Shown here piece after piece: positions 47,801-57,655 of a stretch of 64,000 nt of DNA. Location of the stretch: IMG/VR virus record IMGVR_UViG_3300044970_002808, positions 1 through 64,000 of that record. One strand, written 5' to 3'. Below the pieces are notes generated by a model. That model had not been told where the DNA came from. It did no database searches and was given only the letters and a program-made list of their open reading frames with translations. The number at the start of each line of letters is the position of its first letter. Position 1 is the first letter of the stretch. Both the position numbers and the translations under genes were made by a program. Source of the stretch: an uncultured virus (IMG/VR IMGVR_UViG_3300044970_002808) (taxonomy: Duplodnaviria > Heunggongvirae > Uroviricota > Caudoviricetes).

Positions 47801-50800
47801 GAAGCTCCACCAGGCATCACCATACCCATCAATTCATTACTTCTTTGTCTAGACCGTTCTGATAGGTCTTGGAAGAAAGTATTTACCTGACGGAGTAGGG
47901 AAGCAAGTGCGTCTCCTAACGCTTCCTTCAGCATCCTGGGAATTTGCTTAAATACACCTTCTAATCCTGAGAGGGCTTTAGCATCCTGCGCCCCAAAACC
48001 ACTAGGATTTGTCTGTTGAATAACTTTTAAGGCTTGTATTTGTTGAGCTAATTGTACCCCTTGAGTTCTTACCCCATCAAAGAGTTGAGTGGTTTTTACC
48101 ATAAACTCACTGTTACCCCCGAAAGATGAGGCTAACCCAGTTGCTGTGTTTGTGGCTTGTTGGAACGTTTGGGCTACAGCATTTCTTATTTGTTGGGTAA
48201 GATTACGCTGAATTAGCTCATTCTGTTTAGCAATCTCAGCCCTTTCATTCTGTTTCTCTTTGATAGCATCTAATTGCCCTTTTATCAAGTCTTTAGATAG
48301 TGCATTAACATTTTTATCAGGGGATGCTTTAGGTACAAATACTGGTTGCCCCGTACCCTCATAGTTGTCCTGGATGCCCCCACCTACCTGCGGGTTTACA
48401 TCTTTAAACTGATTAGCAAGGTTGTTCCGACGGTCAACAAAGAATTGGTCTATTTGTCTTAGTTTTGTCTGATTCCCTAACAGGGTATTTTCTGCCTGAC
48501 TTAAGATACCAAAGAATTGCTCCAAATTAGCATTTACTTGTCCTTTAAATGCCGTAGCCAACACAAAAGATTGACGCTCCAATTCTAAAGATTTTTGCCT
48601 TAGTTGGAGAATCTGGTTTTCTTGCTCAATTCTGCTCCGGTTCATATCGTCAATAAGACGACGGTACTTTTCTAGGTCAGCAGGAACACCTTCTTTTACT
48701 GCCCCAGGTTTTTCTAAAGGTTTTGGTTTATCCGTGTTTAAATCTTTAGTCAATGCAATTAAATTCTCATTCATTGCATTTCTTTCGGCAAACGGGGTTT
48801 TATTGTCGCTTACCTTTTCACGGGCTTTTGTGATAAATTGTTCTAGGAACGTTGTGCTGTCCCCTACAATTTCCCCAGACTCAATCTGTTTCTTAATTCT
48901 ATCCCACGCAGGTTTTAATTGTCCCTTTTTCCGTAGGGCTTCCTCTAATTCTTTGGTTGTGTCTTGTGTTAACTCTGAAGCAGTTTTGGCTATGTCAGCC
49001 CCTTCTTTCTCATTTCTCCTTACCGTTTCTAAGACATCTGCTTGACTTAATAAGAAGGCTTCCCCCTCTTTACCTTTGGTTTTACCAGAAGATAGACCAG
49101 TAATTGTTTGTAGATTGGTAATTTTGCTTCTGCTTGCCGTTTCTCTTAGGGCTTGCTCCGCAGAACTTCCCTCTAGACCTGCCCCAGTACGAATTAAGGC
49201 ATTCAGACGTTCAGGGGTTTTGGATAATGCCTCTGTACCGAAACTACCCGAAGATAAATCTGCTCTGTTACCCTCACTATCTTGTTCTCTTACTTTCCCT
49301 GTTTTCTCATCAAAAACTGCATTATTACCAAATAAGTCCCGGACTCTTGATTGTTGGGCTTCTAATGTGGCGGCTTGACGGTTTTTAAGATTCCCATTTT
49401 CCTTAGCGATTTCTGCCAGTATTTTAGGATTTAGGAATGACCCCATACCAGCCGTTGATAAATCCATTGGGGGGGGATTATTCCCCTCCCTAGGCATTAG
49501 AGTTTCTATAAGATTTTCACGGGTTTTAGGGTCTGAGTCGATTGTTCCTGTGGCCTTTCTAAAATCCCCATCTATTAATTCGTAAAACTGACTCTGACCC
49601 TCCCCTGTACCTCCGGTTATATAGTAGATTCTACCGTTAGCTTCTACCCTTTTCATTCCTTGTTGGATTAACCCAACACTGGTAGATTCATCCACATCCG
49701 CAAAACTTTCTGGGGCTGTTACTGCCCCAAACATTCCAGCATGAGACCGTTCTCTCCCAGTTCTTATATAACTTTGTGTGGCAGTAGAGCTTTTACCCTT
49801 AATGGACTTTGCTATTTGTTTAGCTTCTTCCTCCGATACTGTCCCTAGTGCCTCGGAGTTTGTAATTTTAATTCCCTCTACATTGCCTACTTGACTCCCA
49901 TAGTTAAATACTCTTTCACTAACCTCTCCTACTCCCCTGATTTTTAGTTCTTCTGAAACTTGTCTTACTTCGGACTCTACCCCCGCTTTAGATAATGCAC
50001 CAGTGGCTTCGTTTATCAAAGGTAGAAATGACTTAAATGCTACTGCTAGGTTTTGCATTAACCCCGCAAAATCCGATAACAGATTGTTAAGATTTAAAAA
50101 TACTGTATCTACGTTTTCCCCTTTAGATACAAATTCTATTGCTGAGTTTAACCAGTTCTCAAAGATTCTACCAACATTACCCATTGTACTGGAAATTCCA
50201 TCCACAAATTTATCAATGAGTTTATTCTCTGATAGATTGCCAAATACTTCGCCTAATTTTTCAGATATTCTTTCCAGTGGCCCGGAAAACTTCTCCATAC
50301 CAGCAGTTAACTCGTTGGCTACTTTGTTGAAAAATAGCACCATTTGAGTAAAACCAGGAGCCAATTTAGCGGCAAACGATTCCACGTTTTCTTTGGTGGA
50401 TTCGATTAACTCCATTGCCCCCTTTAATCCCTTTTGGCGCAGTCGAATGAAGTCGGGTAGTAATTCCCCGTCTTTCTCATTATTAAAGTTGGCAAACTCT
50501 CGTTTTTGTTCTTCTGCTTTTTCACGTCCTTCAAGAGTTAAGTTTCTATAACCAATTTGGAAGGTGTCTCCACCACCGAACAGATTAGATACCCCTCTAG
50601 CCCTCATATCTGCTTGTTCTTGTAACCCTAGACTTTTGTAATAGTCTCCTGTTACATTCTCCATCCCCGCAATTCCCACTGCCTCACCCTTTTTCAGGAT
50701 TGAATCCATCACAGTGTCTAATCTAGCAAATTCTGCGGCAAAGTCTCCAGGATTTCTTAATGCTGTTAGTAAATCTCCTTGCCCATCCTCTCCCTGATAA

Positions 50801-52677
50801 TACTTGGACACTACCCCGTACATCTGGCGGTTTACATTACCCCCACTTATACCGTTGTAGATGGTTTTTAACATTGTACCCGCTACTTCAGGGGTACTTA
50901 AGTTAAACATCGTTGCAAACCCTTGCATCACATCTCTCATCGGGATTCCAGCTACGGCCGCCGCAGATAGCGAATCCTGAGTTGCATATTTAAATCTATC
51001 AAATTGGGCAGGAGTGGACAGTCCCAATGCGGCGATTTCTCTAACAATAGTTTTTATACTATTTTCAGGGAATGCCATTTTAAATTGCTTTACTAAGATG
51101 CTGGTTTCATCTAATTGGTCTCCTGGTAACTCTACTGCTTCCCCTAAACCAGCAGTTTGATACAATGCCCCCCGTCTCATTTCTTCGGGGGTTGTTCCAC
51201 CTATAATCTCATTATAATTAAACCCGGCTTTTACCAATTGTTTGAATAGTTCCGCAATTTCTACCCGTCCATAAGACAGGTCAGATGCAGTCAAGGTAAC
51301 TGCCCTCTGTACGTCCTTAGATTTTGTGTTAAATTCCTCACTATCTTGTCCAAAGCCTTCCCTTTTCCCCGTAACATATAAACCCATGTTTATACGCCTT
51401 TCTTCTTCGGCAAAGTTCATCATCCCACGGGCTACCGTGTTCATATAACTGCCGAGAGTAGCTTTAATGACCTCCATTCTGGAGTTTAAAGCTAACTGAA
51501 GTCCGTTGGCCAGGGCTTCTGCTATTGCCGCCCCTAGAAGACTTCCCACCGGGCCACCCACGACTCCCCCTAAAGCCGCTCCAAATCCACCTCCGAATGC
51601 AGACCCCGCTTCACCCCCCGCTTTACCCATTTCTTTGGATATGCTTTGGGTTGCTTGGGTAGCACTTTCTCTCACTGATGCTATGGTGTTCACTGACGTT
51701 GAACGAACACTATTGGCTAAAGAATAAAGTCTTTCGGCTTCAGCCATCGCCGCAGTTGTACCCAAGACTTGTAACTGTTGAGCCTTTTTGGATAATTCGT
51801 TAGCCGTACCTTCTACTGTTCTTTCGTAGTCTTTTATGGCAGATTCTACACCTTTAGACAGATTGTTTACTGCCTTTTGTGCTGAATCCACTCCTTCTTT
51901 GGCTAATATTTCTGATGCTTGGTTGTATGCTTCTCCTACTCTCTCAGCAAATTTCTTTCCGGACTCTCCCAGTGCTTTATCTGCTATGTTTACTGCTTCT
52001 TGGGTTTTCTTTAAGGAGCTTTCTAGTGCCTTCTCAATTTCTTCCGCAGGTTTGGACAAATTATTTCTGATGTCAGCTAAATTATTGGCTAGTGTTGACC
52101 CCACACTTAATGCCTTTAACTGGACTTTTTGTAACCCTCTCTCTATTTGCGAGAAATCCATCGCAGATAGTTGTTTCGCTAATGTTTCAGCCGCTTTCCC
52201 TACAGCTTTGTCCTTAGCATCTGTAGATGCAGATGCTAAATTCTTTATCTGGTTTAATTGGGCTTGTACCTGTTGTTGGGTATTCTCTAAAGACCTTTTG
52301 GTGTTTAATTCTACATCCTTTAAGGCCTGGTTTACTTGTCCTAATGCCGCAGTTGTAGTGGTTGCTACATCTCTTAGACCCTTTTCTGCCGCTTTATTTA
52401 TATTTCCTAAAGATTCTGTGGCTTCTTTCTCAATTCTCTTGGTTTGCCCCATAGCCTCGTTCAGACTTCTTTGGACAGAGTTACCAATGCCACGACCTAG
52501 ACCTTCAAAACTTCTGGCGAATCTTTGCGATACGTCTTCTGTAAATGTGAAGATTAACCGATTTACAGAACTTTGCAATAAGTTCTCAAATTGGTTTAAG
52601 GTTCTTTCTGCTGGACTTGTATCTAATCCTATCGAAACAAATAGTGACGATACATTGTATCCTTGCTGTTCTGGCAT
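44839..52677 (-). CDS. tape measure protein
   Basis: 2612 aa, helical, SLFVSIGLDT start, GTTDTVPAMLTPGEGI C-terminal motif. Confidence 0.92.
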   Translation of the reverse strand: MPEQQGYNVSSLFVSIGLDTSPAERTLNQFENLLQSSVNRLIFTFTEDVSQRFARSFEGLGRGIGNSVQRSLNEAMGQTKRIEKEATESLGNINKAAEKGLRDVATTTTAALGQVNQALKDVELNTKRSLENTQQQVQAQLNQIKNLASASTDAKDKAVGKAAETLAKQLSAMDFSQIERGLQKVQLKALSVGSTLANNLADIRNNLSKPAEEIEKALESSLKKTQEAVNIADKALGESGKKFAERVGEAYNQASEILAKEGVDSAQKAVNNLSKGVESAIKDYERTVEGTANELSKKAQQLQVLGTTAAMAEAERLYSLANSVRSTSVNTIASVRESATQATQSISKEMGKAGGEAGSAFGGGFGAALGGVVGGPVGSLLGAAIAEALANGLQLALNSRMEVIKATLGSYMNTVARGMMNFAEEERRINMGLYVTGKREGFGQDSEEFNTKSKDVQRAVTLTASDLSYGRVEIAELFKQLVKAGFNYNEIIGGTTPEEMRRGALYQTAGLGEAVELPGDQLDETSILVKQFKMAFPENSIKTIVREIAALGLSTPAQFDRFKYATQDSLSAAAVAGIPMRDVMQGFATMFNLSTPEVAGTMLKTIYNGISGGNVNRQMYGVVSKYYQGEDGQGDLLTALRNPGDFAAEFARLDTVMDSILKKGEAVGIAGMENVTGDYYKSLGLQEQADMRARGVSNLFGGGDTFQIGYRNLTLEGREKAEEQKREFANFNNEKDGELLPDFIRLRQKGLKGAMELIESTKENVESFAAKLAPGFTQMVLFFNKVANELTAGMEKFSGPLERISEKLGEVFGNLSENKLIDKFVDGISSTMGNVGRIFENWLNSAIEFVSKGENVDTVFLNLNNLLSDFAGLMQNLAVAFKSFLPLINEATGALSKAGVESEVRQVSEELKIRGVGEVSERVFNYGSQVGNVEGIKITNSEALGTVSEEEAKQIAKSIKGKSSTATQSYIRTGRERSHAGMFGAVTAPESFADVDESTSVGLIQQGMKRVEANGRIYYITGGTGEGQSQFYELIDGDFRKATGTIDSDPKTRENLIETLMPREGNNPPPMDLSTAGMGSFLNPKILAEIAKENGNLKNRQAATLEAQQSRVRDLFGNNAVFDEKTGKVREQDSEGNRADLSSGSFGTEALSKTPERLNALIRTGAGLEGSSAEQALRETASRSKITNLQTITGLSSGKTKGKEGEAFLLSQADVLETVRRNEKEGADIAKTASELTQDTTKELEEALRKKGQLKPAWDRIKKQIESGEIVGDSTTFLEQFITKAREKVSDNKTPFAERNAMNENLIALTKDLNTDKPKPLEKPGAVKEGVPADLEKYRRLIDDMNRSRIEQENQILQLRQKSLELERQSFVLATAFKGQVNANLEQFFGILSQAENTLLGNQTKLRQIDQFFVDRRNNLANQFKDVNPQVGGGIQDNYEGTGQPVFVPKASPDKNVNALSKDLIKGQLDAIKEKQNERAEIAKQNELIQRNLTQQIRNAVAQTFQQATNTATGLASSFGGNSEFMVKTTQLFDGVRTQGVQLAQQIQALKVIQQTNPSGFGAQDAKALSGLEGVFKQIPRMLKEALGDALASLLRQVNTFFQDLSERSRQRSNELMGMVMPGGASSGLLTIVGDLQNSLFKNQQESLELQQESSQIRRQVELNRSLGAVFPDQFFAQKVSMGEASIGVNDAKRGGLELEAKNLLETSKIKANITYFNSFIELFQGARGLSRGFSSVSDAVTEVEQRREAITKSIFDLETQIQLMESQLETMNSVFGSLSLVDRERLEEGKKYLEQQKQATIALQKINDALRGELGKLAIAKVQEDARGNAQSALMESNSARSQILGLSDSRSTRREAASIDLENSRIDAIKRVTEATLKSAEERANIVAELANMDSNAAKGMYNTPEAQAEIARKYVEYQSRLIAIDNEVGNARVMAYNNLKVQVEKSVLELDEGYRANVQIANTVDGAFSNLYDILTDSSKSFADRMRDFSQSLIKDFGRIGWEQLKDVIVSPFKDMLTKRDTSGILNPSMPDFSRVGANLNFQSAAMSNPDDPKSKEKLREQILAVDAQQQTALKELNERMRRQIVSSANIDDAGKAASTMYSTLAKEIANNTKDAELSKLISIGSANGQEGMATNIALQTSIQENIKNTLLQSQTTLKEILVKLSSNTVQNPTANPQYSSTANTQYPGNFGAEILPQPPNVKPGTKPQTGSQSNVLPAPPSVGQTPVKPQPKPKPVVNEQAVDYQLNNNPANAEFNRLFKERKRQGLTGGTLERTGKPEVPQPLKDEDTRRILDDQLRRGMFENEKNRTRRNLQNQLRSSTPNETLVSGLMGDIPVDWFGASTPTSNFQSLTNLQMGTGLDRLILDNLQTGSGLNPGNFLMGLGLQQGQGQGFGATPAFSLENLDMLSVAPQQGGGGWLSKLLGGMGGMNWMSMGMMALPFIMSLFNSGKRKRYNSGGVVPGAGTTDTVPAMLTPGEGILTNAGMSRIGGEKNLYALNSGSLKMGAIQPPKNLGMPNLPTAEANKSKSAIPVPVKTDAEKTIAQYMGGNEEYSLPPIELSYTSTTIAGQNYVTEQMFKSAIEQSVERAKMEVFGTLKNSPNTRRKLGL

Positions 52678-52796
52678 CCTCAGTTATACTCCAAGCGGGG
52701 TCTAACTTAGCTTTGGGCGATTTTTCTCAAACCCCTTGACAAACCCTAGATAACCCTGCTATACTGGATTCAACCAACTAAAGGTACTTATCTGAG

Positions 52797-53135
52797 ATGT
52801 CTAATAATTCTTCTGTAGACAATAATTCTTCTCCCAATTTAGGGTGTTTCCTTAATATTATTGAGAGAGCTACTAAAGCAGGCTTGGATGCAATAATTGT
52901 GTACAATTTATCCCGTGGTCTTTCTCTCCATGTACACCATCAGAATCTGGGGAAGGAAACCTACATTCTATACCTTGATTCCACAGAAGCTGAGTTTGAT
53001 ACTGTCTCAGAGTATGTAGACCGTGTTGAGGAGGAGGCAAGGTTAATAAAATTAGGGGAGGTAGTCCTGTCTAAACTGTCCTACGAGAAACAAGAAGCCA
53101 TTATTTTGTACGTCCTAAAGTCTTACCCTAAATAA
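52797..53135 (+). CDS. hypothetical protein
   Basis: 112 aa, TTGACA/TATACT promoter at 52736-52765. Confidence 0.6.
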   Translation: MSNNSSVDNNSSPNLGCFLNIIERATKAGLDAIIVYNLSRGLSLHVHHQNLGKETYILYLDSTEAEFDTVSEYVDRVEEEARLIKLGEVVLSKLSYEKQEAIILYVLKSYPK

Positions 53136-53214
53136 AGGTTCTGCTTTAGACCCACCTTTGTTGATATTTATTAACATTTACGGTAGTTTTCTACTAAGGT
53201 AAAGTCTAAAGGTT

Positions 53215-53373
53215 TTTTCTCAAACCCCTTGACATCTAATCTACTCTCTGTTATACTGGGTTTAACCCAACAAAAACTGGTTAAGTGAGAACCAAGCTTA
53301 ATCAATTAGGGTTAAACCCCCTTTAACTAGGGTAAAGCGGGCAGTTAGCTCGTGGAGTGGAGTTAAGCCGTCT
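53215..53373 (+). repeat. promoter plus structured-leader repeat, copy 3 (upstream of the sigma gene)
   Basis: matches the reverse complement of 1860-2030. Confidence 0.9.
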
Positions 53374-53392
53374 AAAATTAAAAACCTCTGTC

Positions 53393-53884
53393 ATGGAATA
53401 CTGTCATCTAACCATCGAACAACAAGCCTGTGAAACGTCTAAACTAAATTTGGTTAAATCCCAAATCCCCGCTATCCGTCGGGCTATGAGAGATACAGCA
53501 GTATGGGGCGAAGATTACTTTCAGGAAGGTCTTTGCCTAGTCCTGGAAAAACTTAAGACTTGGAACCCTAACAAAGGAACGCTCACCAGCTATTGCTGGT
53601 TGGATATTCGCAAAAGGTTCCGCCTTATTCGGCACAAAACCTCTGTCATGGAATGCCAACTTCGAGATTTTTCCCTAGACAATATGGCATCCCTAGTCGA
53701 TTCCACTGAATACCAAATGACCCTGAACCTCTTCTGGTCAAAACTCACCCCCCTCCAAAAGCAAATTGTCCGCAAACGTCTAATGGGTCTTACCCAAGAG
53801 GTAATAGCTAAAACTCTGGGTCTTACCCTGCGAACTTATAAGTCAGAAGTCAGAAAAATTAAGAAATTAGGAGCAAATTCTTGA
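53393..53884 (+). CDS. phage sigma-70 family factor
   Basis: region 2 EDYFQEG..WNPNKGTLTSY and region 4 LTPLQKQIV..GLTQEVIAKTLGL. Confidence 0.75.
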   Translation: MEYCHLTIEQQACETSKLNLVKSQIPAIRRAMRDTAVWGEDYFQEGLCLVLEKLKTWNPNKGTLTSYCWLDIRKRFRLIRHKTSVMECQLRDFSLDNMASLVDSTEYQMTLNLFWSKLTPLQKQIVRKRLMGLTQEVIAKTLGLTLRTYKSEVRKIKKLGANS

Positions 53885-54834
53885 AACCTACCCAATACCA
53901 CGCTAAAATCATCGAACAAAGTGTCAATTCCACAGGCGACACTATAACCACTTTTCAAATCAGGATTCCCCGATTTGTCCTAGCTCAACTCAATAAACAC
54001 CGTATTTTGTCCTCTAATACCGAGTCGAATCGGGCTGTTCCGATTAAGAAAAAAGACCGAAAATTAGTAGAGAATTTCTATCACCCTGACCAATGGGGTA
54101 CGAATAAGTCAGGAATGCAAGCTGGTAAACCCCTGTCGGGTCTAAAGGCTAAATTAGCTGACCTTGTATGGTTCTGCTCCATGCACTCCCAACGGTTTTG
54201 GGCTAATTTATTGAACCTGCTTGGGGTTCATAAAGAAATAGTGAACCGACTTACTGAGCCTTTTCAAATGGTAGAGGTAGTGCTGACCGGCACTCAATGG
54301 TTCAACTTTTTTGAACTTCGTACTTCCGAAAAAGCCCAGCCAGAGATTAGAAAGGTAGCCCTCTTGATGCTTGAGGCTTACCAAAAATGTTCTGCTTATA
54401 GCATATCAGATGGTGGTTTACATCTGCCCTATGTAACCCATGAGGAAAGAGAACTGTACAAAGGTAATACTCTTTTACTCATTGCTCTGTCAGCCTCTCG
54501 TTGTGCGAGAGTGTCTTACCTCAACCACGAAGGGAATATGGATGTGGAAAAAGACGTTAAACTATTTATACGTTTAGTTAGCTCAAAGCATTGGTCAGCT
54601 TTAGAGCATACTGCCGTAGCCATCAACGCATCTGTGATGTGTGGCGGGTTTATTGGTTGGGTTCCTGCCCGTAAACTTTTTACAGGTGAGTCTGGTGACT
54701 CTGCTATGGAAAAAGATACCAGGATTCTTAATGGGACTCAAATTCGCCAAGTAACTACCCATTGGGTTATGCCATTTAACTCTGATTTAGAAGCAAAGGA
54801 CTTTTTTGATTCTGACCAAGATACTCATCTTTAG
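53881..54834 (+). CDS. thyX: flavin-dependent thymidylate synthase
   Basis: AQLNKHRILSSNTESNRA, HKEIVNRLTEPF, FFELR..AQPEI and SRCARVSY motifs. Confidence 0.85.
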   Translation: MKPTQYHAKIIEQSVNSTGDTITTFQIRIPRFVLAQLNKHRILSSNTESNRAVPIKKKDRKLVENFYHPDQWGTNKSGMQAGKPLSGLKAKLADLVWFCSMHSQRFWANLLNLLGVHKEIVNRLTEPFQMVEVVLTGTQWFNFFELRTSEKAQPEIRKVALLMLEAYQKCSAYSISDGGLHLPYVTHEERELYKGNTLLLIALSASRCARVSYLNHEGNMDVEKDVKLFIRLVSSKHWSALEHTAVAINASVMCGGFIGWVPARKLFTGESGDSAMEKDTRILNGTQIRQVTTHWVMPFNSDLEAKDFFDSDQDTHL

Positions 54835-55063
54835 GAGCAAAACCCGTCCCTTTGACCACGGAAAACTAGGACTTTCATTAAAAACCTTGACATCCTGACT
54901 ACTCTGGCTGAGACGGAAACGGATGAGGCAAAGGATTTGCTCGACCACTGGTTAGAACAGCACATCAAAGATTCTGAAGGATGGGGTTGTCTTTTCACCT
55001 CATCCCAGGGTTGACAACGGTATTGTAGTCTGTTAAACTGAACACAACTAACAAGGAGTTTAT

Positions 55064-55513
55064 ATGACTAAGGGATTTCTCGAATTAGGCGATGTCTTCA
55101 TCCTACGGGGTCAAGATTGTTTTGAGGGAGAACCTTGTGGGGGGGCGATTTTTGAAGTGACTGAGTTAAAGCAAAATGGGGATATGGCAGTTGTTTTTTG
55201 CCGAGGAAAGTACTACCTTGCTTGGACTAAAATAAAAACAGGTATCGTACCTCAAGTAATTTGGTTAATTACCGAGAATCCCCCCTTCAAAGGCGGTACT
55301 GTACAATTTCTACCCCCAGAAGACAAAGACATGGCACGTCAAGCAGAAATCGCTACCCGATTGGAATTGGAAGAAGCCATGGATGACCTAAAATATTGGT
55401 CTTGGCATATTCAAGATGGGGTAGACTACTCTGATGTCTTGATGAAAGCCAAGCAACTCCAGTTCCTAATCGAAACAACAGAAACCTGTAAACTACCTCC
55501 CTTTTCTCAATAG
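55064..55513 (+). CDS. hypothetical protein
   Basis: AAGGAG RBS, TTGACA promoter. Confidence 0.6.
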   Translation: MTKGFLELGDVFILRGQDCFEGEPCGGAIFEVTELKQNGDMAVVFCRGKYYLAWTKIKTGIVPQVIWLITENPPFKGGTVQFLPPEDKDMARQAEIATRLELEEAMDDLKYWSWHIQDGVDYSDVLMKAKQLQFLIETTETCKLPPFSQ

Positions 55514-55866
55514 GCGACAAAGCTAAACCCTGACTCTCCCCCTTTGAACGGGGAGTTTCTTATATCTAAGTTGGTGTGCCAAGACAATTCTTTTAGTCTC
55601 CGCAGACCTTCTTTTTTCAATCCCAGTACCACTTTTTCATAGTTCAAAGTTATACCCTCTACCTGTTCTACATAGAGTTTCTCTACATATTGTTGTATTT
55701 TACTATCTATTTCTTCCACTTTGTCCAGTAAAAATAAGATTCTTTCATAGCGCACTTGGTCTTCAATCACTTCTAGCATGAACTGCACATCAGCTTCATA
55801 CTTAGGAAATTCTTCATACCCAAGTGCTATTTTAATTCTAGATATTTCATCTGGTGTGAACAGCAT
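55507..55866 (-). CDS. putative head-tail adaptor
   Basis: helical 119-aa protein downstream of the MCP; late-type motif. Confidence 0.5.
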   Translation of the reverse strand: MLFTPDEISRIKIALGYEEFPKYEADVQFMLEVIEDQVRYERILFLLDKVEEIDSKIQQYVEKLYVEQVEGITLNYEKVVLGLKKEGLRRLKELSWHTNLDIRNSPFKGGESGFSFVAY

Positions 55867-55983
55867 TTTTATCTCTTGGCAGGTGTTTTATTTAGTTTGA
55901 GCGTTATTGTTTCACCAGTGTTAAGTTTTGTTAAGATATGTTAAGTTTTGTTAAGACTGTTAAGAAAAAAAATAGGGGTGGGT

Positions 55984-56289
55984 CTAAATAGAACCCTGAC
56001 GGAGTGAATCCCTGTCCTTTAAGCTTTTGGGACAATTTCCCTGACGGAGTATCACAGCTTGAGGGGGAAATCTACCCGCCAGTAACTCCCCAGCCTCAAA
56101 AACCTGAAAGCCTTGCGTTGTGAGCTTTTCAGCTAGTCGAGCAGAGGCGAACTCCCCACCATTAATAATTGCTTTGTGGTCAACTCCTGCCATTCTTGCC
56201 ACGCCACGAATAGATAAAGTGCCTTGTTCGCTGGCATCCTGTTTCAGAAAAGCCAATAATTCTTGCTGATTAATAGGTACGATTGACAT
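55984..56289 (-). pseudogene. truncated antirepressor-like gene
   Basis: LSIRGVARMAGVDHKAI HTH; ends after a 12-bp direct repeat CCCTGACGGAGT (55994 and 56039). Confidence 0.45.
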
Positions 56290-56440
56290 TTTTCACCTAT
56301 AATGGTTGTACCTCTCCATCATAGCACGATTTTCACTGGATTGCCAACCGTTTCCTCGTATAGATAGCCGTACACTTAGGCGTGGGGTAAGGACAAAAAA
56401 CCACCCCCAGTTAAAGGGGTGATTTAGGGTTTAATAAGTC

Positions 56441-57487
56441 TTAGGCGACTTTAATATTACGGATAACTCCAACGTTTTTCCGAGTGGCTAATTGCAACTG
56501 GGCAATACAACCAACTACGAAGTTGTCCACATACAAGCTAGTTTGAGCCAGTTGGCGCATTAAGGTATAAACACCATTAGCCGAAAACGAGTTCTGTACG
56601 GGTGCGGAATAGAACGTTAAGTCTTCACGACGTAAGAAATACATTACACCTTCGTCAACATCAGTACCGAGAGCAGTGGTAATGGCAGATTCAGCCGCAG
56701 TACGGGTACGGTTACAATACACATCATCGATGATTGGGGTTCCCATGTAACCAGCCACGTTGAATCCTAAGTCCACCAAAGGAACTCGGTTGCCGTCAAA
56801 AGTCATGATTTGGAAGCTACGATTGGCTTCAAAGACTTTCTTGTATTGTTCAACGACTTTAGGGGTAGTTAGGATTAGGTCATACCGACCAGGACGGTAG
56901 CGGATTTTACGGTCTAATTCCAGCATAAAGTCGGTTTTTAAGGCTTGGCGTTTGTCGGTTGCGGCCGCTCCAGCATCCCAGCAATCTACGACCTGTCCTT
57001 GCCATAAAGGGTAGGTCGCTGAAGGAATACCCGCATAATCTCCAGTACCAGCCGCAATGGATAGACCGATGATTCCTCCATCAGAAATCGCACCAGTTCC
57101 ATTGTATAATTTACGGTTTAAGGTAGTAGCTTGTTCGTCTACTGCATTACGCATTTGTGCAGACAGCAACTGACGTAATTCTGCATTGGAAACCATTTCT
57201 TTAGCTTCCTCAATCTCTTTCAAGTTCAAGGTGAAAGTAGATTGTAACGAAGAACTATTGATGGGTAACTGTGCCGGAATAGTTACGTCTTGGCTGGCCG
57301 CAGGTGCTGAACCAGTAATTGCTACTCCCGTTGCTTGCGTTCCACCAACTCCTACAGACCACTGGATATTGGACTTACGTTCGGGTAACTTCGACAGCAA
57401 CGACAAGAAGGTTGCTTCACGGTTTACCTCTTTGGTCAACAATTCCGAAAAAATCGTGTTGACTACTGCTAAATTAAGCTTTGCCAT
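56441..57487 (-). CDS. major capsid protein (HK97 fold)
   Basis: 348 aa; LYNGTG..GGIIGL and YMGTPII patterns; terminator downstream. Confidence 0.9.
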   Translation of the reverse strand: MAKLNLAVVNTIFSELLTKEVNREATFLSLLSKLPERKSNIQWSVGVGGTQATGVAITGSAPAASQDVTIPAQLPINSSSLQSTFTLNLKEIEEAKEMVSNAELRQLLSAQMRNAVDEQATTLNRKLYNGTGAISDGGIIGLSIAAGTGDYAGIPSATYPLWQGQVVDCWDAGAAATDKRQALKTDFMLELDRKIRYRPGRYDLILTTPKVVEQYKKVFEANRSFQIMTFDGNRVPLVDLGFNVAGYMGTPIIDDVYCNRTRTAAESAITTALGTDVDEGVMYFLRREDLTFYSAPVQNSFSANGVYTLMRQLAQTSLYVDNFVVGCIAQLQLATRKNVGVIRNIKVA

Positions 57488-57655
57488 TTTCTAATTTTCC
57501 TATTATTTTCAGTAGATTCTTTTGTGTTTTATCCCACACAGGGTTTCTACTGTTCAATAGGCCGTAGTCACCTCTATAATAGGAAATGGGCGTATCATCT
57601 TTAAATCCGGTTACTAAAACATTAACATTCGTTAATATGTAAGGGTAGTAACTCC

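Noticed and set aside
51836..52705. 289-aa + strand ORF and other antisense ORFs over tail, capsid and replication genes
   Set aside because: Shadow frames of well-supported genes, with no recognisable motifs.
54835..55014. in-frame continuation after thyX suggesting stop-codon recoding
   Set aside because: It needs read-through of both TAG and TGA, and other genes use these stops normally; more likely a decayed gene.
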